From Caedibacter taeniospiralis (lineage in GTDB: Bacteria; Pseudomonadota; Gammaproteobacteria; Francisellales; Francisellaceae): a stretch of DNA of 32,000 nucleotides. The notes below the pieces were generated by a model. It saw nothing but the letters and a program-made list of their open reading frames with translations. It did not search any database and had not been told where the DNA came from. The position numbers were made by a program, and so were the translations under genes. Position 1 is the stretch's first letter, and each line of letters opens with the position of its first letter. This document shows, piece by piece, positions 16,052-27,711 of this stretch. The stretch lies in the NCBI RefSeq assembly GCF_002803295.2, contig NZ_PGGB02000008.1, positions 30,001 to 62,000 on the forward strand. Reading direction: 5' to 3'.

Positions 16052-17725
16052 CTAATCCTTTTGTTTTGAGATTAACGCATAAACTAATAGCACAACGCCA
16101 ACGCTACCGACTATTCCATAATGTTTAGCAAGGAATCGGTGAAGGTCATTTAATAATTCATTATTGTAACCGTAAATAATACCAAGCACAGTTAGCGAAA
16201 GTCCAAGACCTACCAGCACGCCACGCTTTTTTGACTGTTTTGGAGTTTTAGGCTGATTCATTTGGTTATTATCTTCAAACCTGGCTTTTTTAGCTTTACT
16301 ACTCAATAAATCAAACAACATCTCAGGGACATCAGGCAGGCGTTCACTTAAATCAGGAATGTTATCCATTGAACGCTTTGCAAAGCCTTTCCAGCCAACA
16401 CGTGTTTTCATCCATTTCTCCAAAAATGGCTTGGCAGTTGCCCATAAATTTAGCTCAGGATAAAGCTCACGCCCCAATCCTTCTATGTTAAGTAGTGTTT
16501 TTTGTAGTAGCACTAATTGTGGTTGAACGCTCATATTAAAGCGTCTGGCAACTTGAAATAAACGCATTAGCGTGTAACCAAAAGAAATTTCAGCTAAAGG
16601 CTTCTCAAAAATAGGCTCACACACGGTGCGAATGGCAGATTCCAGTTCATCAGCACGGGTGGCATACGGGACCCAGCCAGATTCGATATGAAGCTCGGCA
16701 ACTTTTTTATAATCACGATTAAAAAAAGCCAGAAAATTACCCGCAAGGTAATGCTGATCTTCACGCGTTAGCGTCCCAACGATGCCAAAATCAATCGAGA
16801 TATATTTAGGATCTTGAGGATCAGTGGCATCAATAAAGATATTGCCTGGGTGCATGTCAGCATGGAAAAAACAGTCCCTGAAGACCTGGGTATAAAATAT
16901 TTCAACACCACGCTCCGCCAAAAGCTTCAAGTCGGTATTAAGCAGTTTCAAAGTTTCAATATCCGAAACAGGAATACCTTTTATCTTCTCAATCGTCAGC
17001 AAATTATTGCGACAATATTGCCAGTATACTCCGGGGACATAATGGATATGACTATCCTTAAAGTTACGCTTAAGCTGCGAGGCATTGGCTGCTTCGCGCT
17101 GCAAATCAAGTTCATCTAACAGATTACGACTAATTTCTGCGACTACTTCCACAGGGCGCAAGCGCCTGGTTGCTGGGATATAGCGCTCTAGCATACGTGC
17201 AAGGGTTTTTAACAGTTCTGTGTCTTGAACCAGGATATTCTGGATATTGGGGCGTAGCACTTTAACAACCACTTCCTGACCGTTGGCTAGTGTTGCGCTA
17301 TGCACCTGAGCAATGGACGCGGAAGCCAACGGATTTACATCAAAGCTCATAAATGCTTCACTAATGGGCTGCTTTAACGCTTTTTCAATAACCTTGACAG
17401 CATATTCGCCTGAAAATGGGGGTACTTTGTCCTGCAGTTTAGCCAATTCACTGGCTAAATCCTGTGGCAATAAATCGCGTCTTGTGGAGAGTGCCTGACC
17501 AAATTTAATAAAGATCGGACCTAAGGTTTCAAGAGCCAGACGCAAACGCGTGCCACGATCAAGTATATTGCGAGCAAACCAGTAATAAGGATTAAAGATC
17601 AGCGTTATTTTAAGTACGCGCAACAACGGAAGATTTGCCATCATAGTGGTGACATTATATTTGTTAAGCACATAACCGATGTAGATCAGGCGCCACCATT
17701 TTCTGATTTTATTCATGTTTGACAC
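16052..17725 (-). CDS. ubiB: Ubiquinone biosynthesis regulatory protein kinase UbiB
   Basis: LGPIFIKFGQALSTRRDLLP, PLASASIAQVHSA, VVKVLRPNI, FFHADMHPGNIFID, ISIDFGIVG, C-terminal TM segments. Confidence 0.95.
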   Translation of the reverse strand: MSNMNKIRKWWRLIYIGYVLNKYNVTTMMANLPLLRVLKITLIFNPYYWFARNILDRGTRLRLALETLGPIFIKFGQALSTRRDLLPQDLASELAKLQDKVPPFSGEYAVKVIEKALKQPISEAFMSFDVNPLASASIAQVHSATLANGQEVVVKVLRPNIQNILVQDTELLKTLARMLERYIPATRRLRPVEVVAEISRNLLDELDLQREAANASQLKRNFKDSHIHYVPGVYWQYCRNNLLTIEKIKGIPVSDIETLKLLNTDLKLLAERGVEIFYTQVFRDCFFHADMHPGNIFIDATDPQDPKYISIDFGIVGTLTREDQHYLAGNFLAFFNRDYKKVAELHIESGWVPYATRADELESAIRTVCEPIFEKPLAEISFGYTLMRLFQVARRFNMSVQPQLVLLQKTLLNIEGLGRELYPELNLWATAKPFLEKWMKTRVGWKGFAKRSMDNIPDLSERLPDVPEMLFDLLSSKAKKARFEDNNQMNQPKTPKQSKKRGVLVGLGLSLTVLGIIYGYNNELLNDLHRFLAKHYGIVGSVGVVLLVYALISKQKD

Positions 17726-18329
17726 CTTGTGCTGTTAGGTAACGCTCAAGCCTGGCTGTAACACGCTCAACATCTTGTTTGAGTTGCTGGACATCGGTAA
17801 AAAAGTCTTCAAGCTCTTCCTTGCAAGGGATCAGTTCTTTCTCATATTGGAGGTATTCTCTTAATTCGATCGGGAATTGCGCTTTGCTGACAAGCCACCA
17901 ATGCTTAATAGCATCAAACGGTTTGGATAACAATGAGCTTAATGTTGTTGTTTGCCCCTGCGTGAGCGTGAACATGAGATCAGGATGAATTGCCTTAAAA
18001 AAATCACGATATGCTTCAAGTACATACATATCGCCTTCAAATGATGCCTCCGCTTTTTGAATATAGCGCTGTGGACTGGCACTCAACGCCATAGCGATTA
18101 AAACACCTGAATCAGCGGAGAGTATATTTGTCTGATGTGTGCCATCCGCTACATCAAAGATTAAATTATCTGCGGTGGGGATTAAGCAAAAGCGCATTGC
18201 AAAATCATTTAACTGAATCGTCAATGTCCTTTGTTTCAGGCGATCCAGCAGATAGGATTTTTGAGGATCTAAACTCAGAATTTTGTCGAGCAGGAAATTG
18301 ATAGATTTCACGATCATAAGCTCTTTCAT
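17709..18329 (-). CDS. ubiJ: Ubiquinone biosynthesis accessory factor UbiJ (SCP2 domain)
   Basis: SCP2-like N-terminal domain, C-terminal coiled coil FFTDVQQLKQDVERVTARLERYL, position between ubiE and ubiB. Confidence 0.85.
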   Translation of the reverse strand: MKELMIVKSINFLLDKILSLDPQKSYLLDRLKQRTLTIQLNDFAMRFCLIPTADNLIFDVADGTHQTNILSADSGVLIAMALSASPQRYIQKAEASFEGDMYVLEAYRDFFKAIHPDLMFTLTQGQTTTLSSLLSKPFDAIKHWWLVSKAQFPIELREYLQYEKELIPCKEELEDFFTDVQQLKQDVERVTARLERYLTAQGVKHE

Positions 18330-18338
18330 ACGATCACC

Positions 18339-19106
18339 TTAATATTTTACGCCCATATGAAGGGCGACAACACCCCCTGTCATGTTTTGATATTCAACTT
18401 TGTCAAAACCAGCTCTTAGCATCATTTGCTTCAAAATTTCCTGGTCTGGATGTTTGCGAATGGACTCTGCCAGATAGCGATAACTATCAGCATCTTGTGC
18501 TATGAGTTGTCCCATAAAGGGTAATATTTTAAAGGAATATTGATCGTAAATCTCGCTTAATAATGGCATTATTGGCTTTGAAAATTCGAGCACCAGGAGT
18601 CGTCCACCTGGTTTTAATACGCGATACATCGAGGCAAGTGCTGCATCTTTATCCGTAACATTTCTAAGCCCAAATGAAATCGTAATGCAATCAAAGGTAT
18701 TCTCAGCAAAGGGTAGACATTCAGCATTGGCCTGAACATATTCGATATTGCCAATGCAACCGCGATTAGTCAGCTTCTCACGCCCAACGTCCAGCATAGA
18801 AGCATTAATGTCACTCAAAATAACCGTGCCCTGCTCTCCCACTTTTTGGGTAAATTGATAAGCCAGATCCCCTGTGCCACCTGCGAGATCCAGGATTTTC
18901 TGTCCAGGTTTAACTCCTGCCTTTTGAATAGTGATTTTTTTCCACAAACGATGAATGCCAAAAGACATCAGATCGTTCATGATGTCGTATTTTGCCGCCA
19001 CAGAATGAAACACTTCGGCAACTCTTTGCTGCTTATCTGCCCATTTAACTTCTTCAAAGCCAAAATGCGTGATTTTTTCTGAGTTATCTTGTAATCGTTT
19101 GTCCAT
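18339..19106 (-). CDS. ubiE: Ubiquinone/menaquinone biosynthesis C-methyltransferase UbiE
   Basis: [73 protein letters not shown]. Start set to ATG at 19106; the track ORF to 19259 has a non-homologous-looking extension. Confidence 0.95.
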   Translation of the reverse strand: MDKRLQDNSEKITHFGFEEVKWADKQQRVAEVFHSVAAKYDIMNDLMSFGIHRLWKKITIQKAGVKPGQKILDLAGGTGDLAYQFTQKVGEQGTVILSDINASMLDVGREKLTNRGCIGNIEYVQANAECLPFAENTFDCITISFGLRNVTDKDAALASMYRVLKPGGRLLVLEFSKPIMPLLSEIYDQYSFKILPFMGQLIAQDADSYRYLAESIRKHPDQEILKQMMLRAGFDKVEYQNMTGGVVALHMGVKY

Positions 19107-19644
19107 AAATAGATTGATAGGGAAATGCTGTTGCCAGCCAGTATAACGTGAAAGCCTTAGTGAAACTACTGATGCGTTCGTCTTTATGCACAATACGGGC
19201 TGTGACTCAGCAATCCCGCCTGTTGCGCCAACTAGGTTCTGTGAACCAAAAAACCACATGAACCGAAGTTAGATTAATTTAGTTAAAAAATGATTTGAAA
19301 AATTGCAATCCTTAAGTCGACCCAAATTTAACTGTGATGGGAAAAACAACAAAAGGATTGCAGAACGGATTATGACATAAGTGAGTACGCTTGGGAAGAG
19401 ATTTATATGTTTTTAACAACCGTAAAAGGTATAACATTGCAGAAGTGGCGAGTCACTACGAATCTTTATAGAAGGCGTTTACTTCGTTTTATGGTCATTG
19501 GAGAACAGTTCATAAAGTTTTTAAGCATTCGGCAGAACTGGGTATTTGGGAGGAACTAAAGGAAAGTGTTAGCGACGTACAACGATTTCCCACTTGCTTG
19601 AATTTAAAATTCTGAAACACTTGCCAGAAAAGACCTCGAGAGTG

Positions 19645-19721
19645 GTAGCTACGACTGGACTTGAACCAGTGACCCCAGCATTATGAATGCTGTGCTCTAA
19701 CCAACTGAGCTACGTAGCCAC
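19645..19721 (-). tRNA. tRNA-Met (CAT), elongator, CCA encoded
   Basis: Minus strand GGCTACGTAGCTCAGTTGGTTAGAGCACAGCATTCATAATGCTGGGGTCACTGGTTCAAGTCCAGTCGTAGCTACCA; anticodon loop TTCATAA. Confidence 0.95.
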
Positions 19722-20080
19722 AATAGGGACGAATTATTGGCAAGATTACATTTGTTGTCAATATTTTTTTTCCAGTTTTATCGACACTGTAAATACTGTA
19801 TCTTGCTTCAGAATATTAATCCTCCTCGTGTGAGGATAGCACCGACCACTCTTACCGATATGGTTGAGTACATTACTCACTCCAGGTCCTTTTTATCTCC
19901 CTGATAAGACATTGCCGCCAAAAGTGGTCAATAGGTACTGATTTTTGCCTGAATTGTGTCTATAATGTCCGCCTTATTGCTGCAGCACTATGGATTGATT
20001 AGCCCGCTCAAGGCTATTTAGATCGGTAAAACCACGCAGTCGATGGCACCAAGTATAAACTTAACGTAGGAACATTTTAA

Positions 20081-20878
20081 ATGTCTGATGGTAGAAATAA
20101 GCTCAATGATTTTTCATTATTAAAGTCGTTGGTTGGGAGCAAAAGCATAAAAGACAAAACAGATCGTTTACGTAAAGCACATGCGGAAAAACGTAATGAA
20201 ACTGATGAAAAAAAACTGGCAAGTTCCGCTCCAAGACCGGGTGCGCGAGCTCAGCCAGTACATCAAACAAGACAGGAGCGCGTTAATCAACAAAAAACAC
20301 CTTTCCGCATGCCACAATATGGTCAAAAGCAGCATGAAGAGCTTACTATTGAGATGCCTGACATTGAACAACAAGATGAAATTATCGTCGAAATCGATTT
20401 GCAAAAGGAACTTTATAAAGAGGAACAGCGCTTATTTAAATGGTTATGCCTGCGCTTCCCTAAGTGCTTTAATCCCAAGGATAAACACCCCTTAAAAATC
20501 GGCATCAGTGAGGACATCGAGGTTATCTATTACAATGAACACTTTGCCCCAGTTGACCAGTATATTCTGAAAAAAGTGATCAAACGCTATGTTGGCGATA
20601 CCCGCTATCAACGCTCAGTACTTGAGCATAAGCAAAGGTTCAATCTCTATGGAAAACCCGTAGAAAGCTTTAGTGATGAGCATGTTGCTTATGCAAAACA
20701 GCGTTTGGATGAGATTGCAGAAAAAGCTTATCTACGTTCGCAAGGCATCGATATTAAAACCTACTATCAGCAAAAGCATGCACAAGAAAAGCCAGAAAAT
20801 ACAGAGGCTGATAATGCTCCCATCTTAAGAGATTCCAATATTGAACCTCCTTTAAACGACAATAATTCTATCCGTTAA
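20081..20878 (+). CDS. ProQ/FinO-domain RNA-binding protein with long charged N-terminal extension
   Basis: Domain LFKWLCLRFPKCFNPKDKHPLKIGISEDI...ILKKVIKRYVGDTRYQRSVLEHKQRFNLYGKPVESFSDEHVAYAKQRLDEI. Confidence 0.8.
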   Translation: MSDGRNKLNDFSLLKSLVGSKSIKDKTDRLRKAHAEKRNETDEKKLASSAPRPGARAQPVHQTRQERVNQQKTPFRMPQYGQKQHEELTIEMPDIEQQDEIIVEIDLQKELYKEEQRLFKWLCLRFPKCFNPKDKHPLKIGISEDIEVIYYNEHFAPVDQYILKKVIKRYVGDTRYQRSVLEHKQRFNLYGKPVESFSDEHVAYAKQRLDEIAEKAYLRSQGIDIKTYYQQKHAQEKPENTEADNAPILRDSNIEPPLNDNNSIR

Positions 20879-20894
20879 ACTCATCATCCTCGAC

Positions 20895-23800
20895 ATGTTG
20901 CCCATACTCGATAAATTCTCAACCCAATACGCAATCTCTGAGCAGTTTGCCAAAGAGTTAGCCGATACTGAGTTTAACGGCGATATTCACAATGATTACG
21001 CCACGAGAATCACTAGCTCCATCGACAACAGCATTTATCAAGTTGTGCCCGAACTGGTTATTTTCCCCAAAAGCCACCTCGATATTGAAAAGATTTTTCG
21101 TCTTGCCGCTACTGAGCCCTTTCGAAGCCTGAAATTTAGTGCCCGCGGCGCGGGCACGGGCACTAATGGTCAATCCTTGACTACAGGAATTATCATTGAT
21201 ACCAGTCGTTATATGAATAATGTTGTGGAAATCAATCTTGAGAATAATTATGTTATTGTCGAGCCTGGGGTGGTCTTAGATCAGCTCAATGAAATTCTTG
21301 CTCCTCATCATGTGTTTTTTGCGCCCAACCTATCCCCTGGTAATCGCGCCACAATCGGAGGCATGACCAGCACCGATGCCTGCGGCAAAGGTTCGCGGAT
21401 TTATGGGCGCACCAGTGAACACCTGCTTGAGCTTGAGTGCGTTTTGAGTGATGGTGAACGAGTATCCTTTGAAGAAATAAGCGCCTTAAATCTAAATAAG
21501 TTAATTGCCAGTTGTACGCAACGAAACTCACTCCTGGCACATATCTACCAGGTAGTTGATAGTGAAATTATTCAAAAGTACGACAAAATTAAGGCTCAAT
21601 TCCCCAAGTTAGACAGGTTTATGACAGGTTATAATCTGGCAAAATGTTATGATCCCATCCTGCAGAAAATCAACATTAATCATCTAGTCTCTGGTGCTGA
21701 AGGAACTCTGGCTTTTATCACCCGGTTAAAACTGAAGCTAACCCCTATTCCTCACCACAAAATTCTATTTGTGATCAGCTACAGTGACTTTGATCAAGCG
21801 CTGCGCGATGCTAAGAGTCTATTGAGTCTTAATCCTGCCGCGATTGAAACCATTGATGATAATATCTTAAAGCTCGCTAAAGAGGACGAAATTTATCCAC
21901 AAATTCGCCCGATGCTGGAAACCCATGCCAATCATGAAATCGCCGCCATCAATCTCGTTGAGTTTATTGCACACAATGAGGACGAGCTCAGTAAATCCAG
22001 CATCATTGCCCAACAACATTTTAAAGCGTATAACCGCCTTTTTCATTTAGCCTCCGACAAGGATGAAATGGCTATCCTGTGGGAGCTTAGAAAAAAAGGG
22101 GTTGGACTCTTAGGTGCCATGAAAGGTAATCGAAAACCCATCCCCTTTATGGAGGATACAGCGGTTCCTCCTGAGAACCTGGCTGATTATATTATTGAAT
22201 TAAGAGCCTTACTTGATAGTTATAATCTACGCTATGGCATGTTTGGACATGTTGATGTTGGTTGCCTGCATATGCGCCCTGCCTTAGATATGAATGATCC
22301 CAAAGATCAGGCACTGGTAGTAAAACTGACCAAAGAAGTCAATGACCTGGTAAAAAAATATGCTGGAGTCTATTGGTCAGAGCACGGAAAAGGCTTTAGA
22401 AGTGAGTACGTCAAAGACTATTTTGGCGAAGAGTTGCACATCTCCTTACAGAAAATTAAAGGAGCCTTTGATCCTGACAATAAGCTAAATCCAGGAAAAA
22501 TTGTTGTCCCCTTTCAAAGCGAGGATCAATTAGTGAGGGTAAATGGTCCATTTAGAGGCCTCCAGGACGCCAAGGTCAATCCACAGACGCAGGCGATGTT
22601 TTCTGGTGCATTCGATTGTAATGGCAATGCTGCCTGTTTGAACTACCACCCAGATCAAGTCATGTGCCCATCTGCTAAAGTTTCACACAACTGGGTGTAC
22701 TCACCCAAGGGAAGGGGCGCAGCGCGCTCTTACGTGAATGGTTAATACAACTTGCTGAAAAAAACCATCAGCCCCAACCTCTCACCAAAACACCACTTGG
22801 CACCAGGAGTAAAATAAATACCAGCGATTTCTCTTATGAGGTCTACCAGTCACTTGATAAATGCCTTGGCTGCAAAGCATGCGCCACCGCTTGCCCTATT
22901 AAAGTTGATATTCCCGCGATGAAGCCCCTATTCTTAGCCGAGTATCACAAACGTTACCAACGCCCCTTAAAAGACTATGCAATAAAGTACGTTGAGAAAA
23001 CTGCCAAATGGCAAACTTTGTTTCCTCATTTTATGAACTCACTACAGTCCACGGCTTTTGTAAAAACATGGGTTCAAAACAAGCTCAAACTGATGGACGC
23101 CCCGCTACTCTCCAAGGAAACGCTCAAAGCAGGGCTTAAGAAACGCAATGCCCCAAAGTTTAGCTTTGCTGATTTGCGCACTAAGTGCCAGAGTAATGAC
23201 ACACAGAAAGTCGTCTGCATCGTTCAAGATGCGTTTACGAGTTTCTATGATGCTGAAGTTGTGCTAGCGGTATACGATCTACTTACCAGGCTTGGCTTCC
23301 ATGTTTATGTGTTGCCTTTTTATGAAAATGGTAAAGCAGCACACGTTAAAGGTTTTCTACCTTATTTCCAAAAGAAAGCAGCACACGCCACCGCTTTTTA
23401 TAATAAAATTGCACATTTACAAGTTCCATTAGTAGGTATTGATCCTAGCATGACACTGGTCTATCGCGATGAATATAAAACCATGTTGAAAGATGAGGTT
23501 AAATTTAAAGTTGAACTGCTTCAAGAGTGGCTGGTCAAGCAGCTACCGCTGATAAATCTTCCTGCCAGAGATGCTACTGAGAGTGAAGTCATTTCTCTGT
23601 TTGCACATTGTTCTGAGCGTTCACTGGCAGCTGTATCAATGATCCACTGGCAAAAAATATTTAAAGCCTTTGGCGTAAAACTTTCCATTGAAAAAGTTGG
23701 TTGTTGCGGCATGGCGGGCACTTTTGGTCACGAAACAGACAATCTTGAGTTATCCAAAAAAATTTATGCGTCCAGCTGGCAAAAAAAGTTCGATGTCAAC

Positions 23801-23914
23801 AATACAGATAAGACACACCTTGCCACTGGATTCTCATGCCGCTGCCAGGTTAAGCGCTTTAGTAATAAGCAGCTATTGCATCCAGCGCAATTGCTTGTGA
23901 AACTATTGAATTAA
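20895..23914 (+). pseudogene. ydiJ: YdiJ-type FAD-linked oxidase / 4Fe-4S / CCG-domain oxidoreductase, interrupted by one frameshift near 22705-22720
   Basis: Frame 20895-22745: RGAGTGTNGQSLTTGIIIDTSRYMN, PNLSPGNRATIGGMTSTDACGKGSRIYGRT, YGMFGHVDVGCLHMRP, WSEHGKGFRSEY, AACLNYHPDQVMCPS...SPKGR. The second frame resumes at once (SALLREWLIQLAEK...SDFSYEVYQSLDKCLGCKACATACPIKVDIP) and continues as the 22919-23914 ORF (PLVGIDPSMTLVYRDEYK, GCCGMAGTFGHE, LATGFSCRCQVKR). Confidence 0.85.
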
Positions 23915-23998
23915 TCTGCGTGAATATTCATTGAATTTGTATCATACCCCTGGATTTTAATGCTATTTTTTGTTAATTTCACACACCTGTGAGTCTTT

Positions 23999-24075
<77 letters not shown>

Positions 24076-24077
24076 TC

Positions 24078-24995
24078 TCACTGCAACTTCATGCCACTGG
24101 CTTGTGCTGCTTGATAGACAACTTCCGTGCCAAGTTTTTGACTAAGCTGGTCCAGTAAATTAAGTGGTTTAGTATAGTCAACTACTTCCATGTTGTTAAA
24201 TTTCTCACGTTGCAAGCTGTCAACAGAGCCAAAGCCATCGATCAAACCATACTTTTTAGCCTGCATGCCAGAGAAAGGCACCCCAGAGAAAATTTTATCG
24301 TCTGCTTTGTTATCCAATCTCTCACCTCTTCCTGCTTTGACTGCATCGATAAAGACCTGATGCGTTTCAGACAGCATAGCTTCCATCTCTGCAACCTGTG
24401 AGGCACTTTGCGGTTCAAATGGATCTAAAAACCCTTTGTCTTTACCTGCCGTATAAAGCCTCCTTTCAACACCAATTTTCTTAAGTAACTCGACAAAGCC
24501 AAAGCCTCCCGCACGAACTCCAATCGAACCTGTGATCGTCATTTTATTGGCATAAATATCTTTTGCTCCTGAAGCGATATAGTAGCCACCTGATGCGCAA
24601 ACATCCACACACACCGCATAAAGCGGAGTGCTCGGATACTTATTCTGTAAAAAGCGCATATGCTCGTATATATCATCAGATTGTACAGGCGAACCACCTG
24701 GACTATTGATTTGCATAATGACTGCTTTGGTATTTTTATCCTTGAACGCTGCATCCAGGCTCGCATTAATCCGCTGTGCATTGGCATTACTATCATCAGC
24801 AATAATCCCATCCACCTTAATTAAGGCTATATGATCATTGGTCACGTCTGTTTTACTGCTAAACTCGCTAAATAGCAATCCAATAATGGCGATAGCAACA
24901 GCCAACCAGCAAAAGCGCCAAAATATGCGCCAGCGACGCGCTCGGCGCTGTTCCAGAATATAAGCATCTGCAATACGCTTTAAATGTTTCGACAT
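24078..24995 (-). CDS. sppA: Signal peptide peptidase SppA, short form (S49 family)
   Basis: N-terminal TM anchor, MQINSPGGSPVQSDDIYEHM, VCASGGYYIASGAKDIYANKMTITGSIGV, AKKYGLIDGFGS. Confidence 0.9.
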   Translation of the reverse strand: MSKHLKRIADAYILEQRRARRWRIFWRFCWLAVAIAIIGLLFSEFSSKTDVTNDHIALIKVDGIIADDSNANAQRINASLDAAFKDKNTKAVIMQINSPGGSPVQSDDIYEHMRFLQNKYPSTPLYAVCVDVCASGGYYIASGAKDIYANKMTITGSIGVRAGGFGFVELLKKIGVERRLYTAGKDKGFLDPFEPQSASQVAEMEAMLSETHQVFIDAVKAGRGERLDNKADDKIFSGVPFSGMQAKKYGLIDGFGSVDSLQREKFNNMEVVDYTKPLNLLDQLSQKLGTEVVYQAAQASGMKLQ

Positions 24996-25083
24996 AAAAA
25001 ATTCCTTATTGTGAAGAGATTGTTGGAGTTATTACACACGGGTGGCTTATGGTAGAGGAAATAAGAAAAAAATGCAGCAGGAT

Positions 25084-26859
25084 TTACGCTTTGTTACCTA
25101 AAACAGTTTGAATGGCCAGCTCCTTAAGCTGTGCACTGGAAACTTCTGCAGGTGCTTCAGTCATCAAACAGCTTGCGGTTTGCGTTTTGGGGAAGGCGAT
25201 AACATCGCGAATATTGGTTGTGTGTGTAATGAGCATCGTTAAGCGATCTAAACCAAACGCAATACCGCCATGAACGGGTGCTCCATATTGCAGGGCATCC
25301 AATAAGAAACTGAATTTTTCTTTGGCTTCTTCTTCAGTAATGCCTAGTAGACCAAATACCATTTGCTGCATTTTCTGATCATGAATGCGTATTGAGCCAC
25401 CACCTACTTCATAACCATTAATTACCATATCATACGCCCGCGATAAGGCGTTCTCTGGATAAGCTTTTAGCGCATCTACCGAATCTACTTTGGGTGCGGT
25501 AAATGGATGATGCAAAGCATAATACCTGCCATCGGCTTCTTCAAACATCGGAAAATCAATCACCCAAAGTGGCGCCCACGCCTTAGTGTAAAGTTTCAAA
25601 TCCTCACCGATTTTCACTCTAAGCGCACCCATTGAGTCGTTGACAACGTTGACCTTTCCTGCCCCAAAGAAAATAATATCGCCATCATTGGCACCCGTAA
25701 TCTCCAGCACTTGCGATAATGCGGCTTCTGAAAGATTCTTCACAATCGGCGATTGCAAACCCTCTCTGCCTTGAGACTTGTCATTGACTTTGATATACGC
25801 CAAGCCCTTGGCCCCATAAATACCAACAAAGTTAGCGTAATCATCGAGCATTTTGCGTGTCAACAGTGCATTGCCATCGGGCAAGCGCATTGCGATGACC
25901 CGAGACTTATCATCATTTGCAGGAATCGAGAATACTTTAAAATCCTCATTTTTCATAATGCTTTTCACATCAACGAAATAAAGCGGGATACGTAAATCAG
26001 GTTTATCTGAACCATATTTACCCATCGCCTCGGCGTAAGTGATGACGGGTAAACTTTGAGGAAAATCCACGTTTGCCACCTGCTTGAATAACGCATGGAT
26101 CATTTTTTCCATAATCGACATAAGCCTTTCTTCATCAATAAATGATGCTTCAATATCAATCTGGGTAAACTCAGGCTGTCTGTCAGCGCGCAGATCTTCA
26201 TCGCGAAAACATTTGACGATCTGATAATAGCGATCAAATCCTGAAATCATAAGTAACTGTTTGAATAACTGTGGAGATTGCGGGAGAGCATAAAACTTAC
26301 CGTGATGATTTCTACTTGGCACCAGATAGTCGCGCGCGCCCTCGGGCGTTGCCTTGGTGAGAAAAGGTGTTTCAATATCTAAAAATCCATGCTCATCCAG
26401 GTAGCGACGAACAAATTGTGAAATGCGCGCACGCTGCATCAGACGGTTTTGAATCTCAGGGCGACGTAAATCAATATAACGATACTTCAACCGCACATCT
26501 TCACCAACATGTTGATGCTCATCCAGCTGAAAGGGGATTGTTTTTGCCTGATTGATCAGTATCAAATCCTGACCGATAATCTCTATTTTACCGCTTGTCA
26601 GATTTGAGTTTTCCTGACCTTCCGGGCGCATTTTAACAAGTCCTTTGGCCTTAATAACGTATTCATGACGCACATGATCCGCTAATTTAAACACTTCCTG
26701 ATTTTCTGGCTCATAAACCAGCTGAACCAGACCCGTTCGATCACGAATATCCAGGAAAATCACCCCCCCATGATCTCGACGCCTATGCACCCACCCGCAA
26801 ATTTCGACGATTTGACCGACAAGAGTTTCATTAACTTCTGAGCTGTAATGACTACGCAT
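25084..26859 (-). CDS. aspS: Aspartate-tRNA ligase, bacterial type
   Basis: [121 protein letters not shown]. Start taken at ATG 26859; track start is 26901. Confidence 0.96.
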   Translation of the reverse strand: MRSHYSSEVNETLVGQIVEICGWVHRRRDHGGVIFLDIRDRTGLVQLVYEPENQEVFKLADHVRHEYVIKAKGLVKMRPEGQENSNLTSGKIEIIGQDLILINQAKTIPFQLDEHQHVGEDVRLKYRYIDLRRPEIQNRLMQRARISQFVRRYLDEHGFLDIETPFLTKATPEGARDYLVPSRNHHGKFYALPQSPQLFKQLLMISGFDRYYQIVKCFRDEDLRADRQPEFTQIDIEASFIDEERLMSIMEKMIHALFKQVANVDFPQSLPVITYAEAMGKYGSDKPDLRIPLYFVDVKSIMKNEDFKVFSIPANDDKSRVIAMRLPDGNALLTRKMLDDYANFVGIYGAKGLAYIKVNDKSQGREGLQSPIVKNLSEAALSQVLEITGANDGDIIFFGAGKVNVVNDSMGALRVKIGEDLKLYTKAWAPLWVIDFPMFEEADGRYYALHHPFTAPKVDSVDALKAYPENALSRAYDMVINGYEVGGGSIRIHDQKMQQMVFGLLGITEEEAKEKFSFLLDALQYGAPVHGGIAFGLDRLTMLITHTTNIRDVIAFPKTQTASCLMTEAPAEVSSAQLKELAIQTVLGNKA

Positions 26860-26987
26860 TTTTATCCTTTGATCCTTAAATATTTTCTTTTGGTTTTTCA
26901 AGCAACGCCTGCCTACCTTACTGGAGTTAATCTTGGGAGAACGAATGGCAGCAAGTGACGATCAGATTTGCCTAAACTATTCGATGG

Positions 26988-27707
26988 CTACGTTAATTTT
27001 TTAAGTTCAGCCTTAGCCTTTACTGCAACCTCATGCTGAGGATACTTGTCAACAACCTGCAGCAAATGATTTTTTGCAGCTTTCACATCTCCTTTACTGA
27101 GCTCAAGCAACGCCAAAGCATAAGTAGCATCTGCGATTTTAATGCTTCTGGGGTAACGGGTGACGATGGTTTTGAACTGCTCATACGCAAGATCAATCTT
27201 ACCATCGATCAAGTAAACCTGACCTAGTAGATATAATGATTCAGAGTAATGCTCGCCATTGTAGTAGGCTTTTAAATACTGCTTCAACATGGTTTCAGCT
27301 TCTGAGTAGTTTTTGGCTAATAGTGCGCTATTTGCCTTATCAAAAGCGGCATTATCCTGCTGCAACTTTAGTGCTTGCGGCGATGGCTTATTCACCTCTT
27401 CTTGAAGTGCAGCTATTTGCTTTTCAAACTGTGCAAGCTTATTGGCAACAACATCATTGAGCTGATTAATCTTATAGGCGTTAAGCTCAACTTTCCCTCT
27501 TAAATCACTCAGTTGCTGCGTGAAAGCCTGACTGCCTGACTGACTCTGCTGAGTGATCAGATACTGTACCTGGTTATTGAGCTTGGCAGTTTGAAGTTGC
27601 AAGCTCTGTACATCGGTGCTTATATCAGCAAAAGAGGCAGAGGGCAGGAAAATCGCCGCAATAATGACCCGTTTAATTTTTGTGTTTACTTTAACCACTT
27701 TCACCAC
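26988..27707 (-). CDS. cpoB: Cell division coordinator CpoB / YbgF-like TPR protein
   Basis: Signal peptide VNTKIKRVIIAAIFLPSASFA, coiled coil, C-terminal TPRs (LLAKNYSEAETMLKQYLKAYYNGEHYSESLYLLGQVYL...IVTRYPRSIKIADATYALAL), last in the tol-pal cluster. GTG start within 27698-27707; the longer track start overlaps pal. Confidence 0.88.
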   Translation of the reverse strand: MVKVVKVNTKIKRVIIAAIFLPSASFADISTDVQSLQLQTAKLNNQVQYLITQQSQSGSQAFTQQLSDLRGKVELNAYKINQLNDVVANKLAQFEKQIAALQEEVNKPSPQALKLQQDNAAFDKANSALLAKNYSEAETMLKQYLKAYYNGEHYSESLYLLGQVYLIDGKIDLAYEQFKTIVTRYPRSIKIADATYALALLELSKGDVKAAKNHLLQVVDKYPQHEVAVKAKAELKKLT

Positions 27708-27711
27708 CTGA

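Noticed and set aside
19107-19259. N-terminal 51-residue extension of the ubiE ORF ([15 protein letters not shown]...)
   Set aside because: Known UbiE proteins begin near the [20 protein letters not shown] segment; the extension looks like translated upstream DNA.
22746-22918. Apparent gap between ydiJ fragments as a possible real intergenic region with two separate genes
   Set aside because: The downstream frame is open and homologous across the whole gap (LREWLIQLAEK...KCLGCKACATACPIKVDIP), so the fragments are one split gene.
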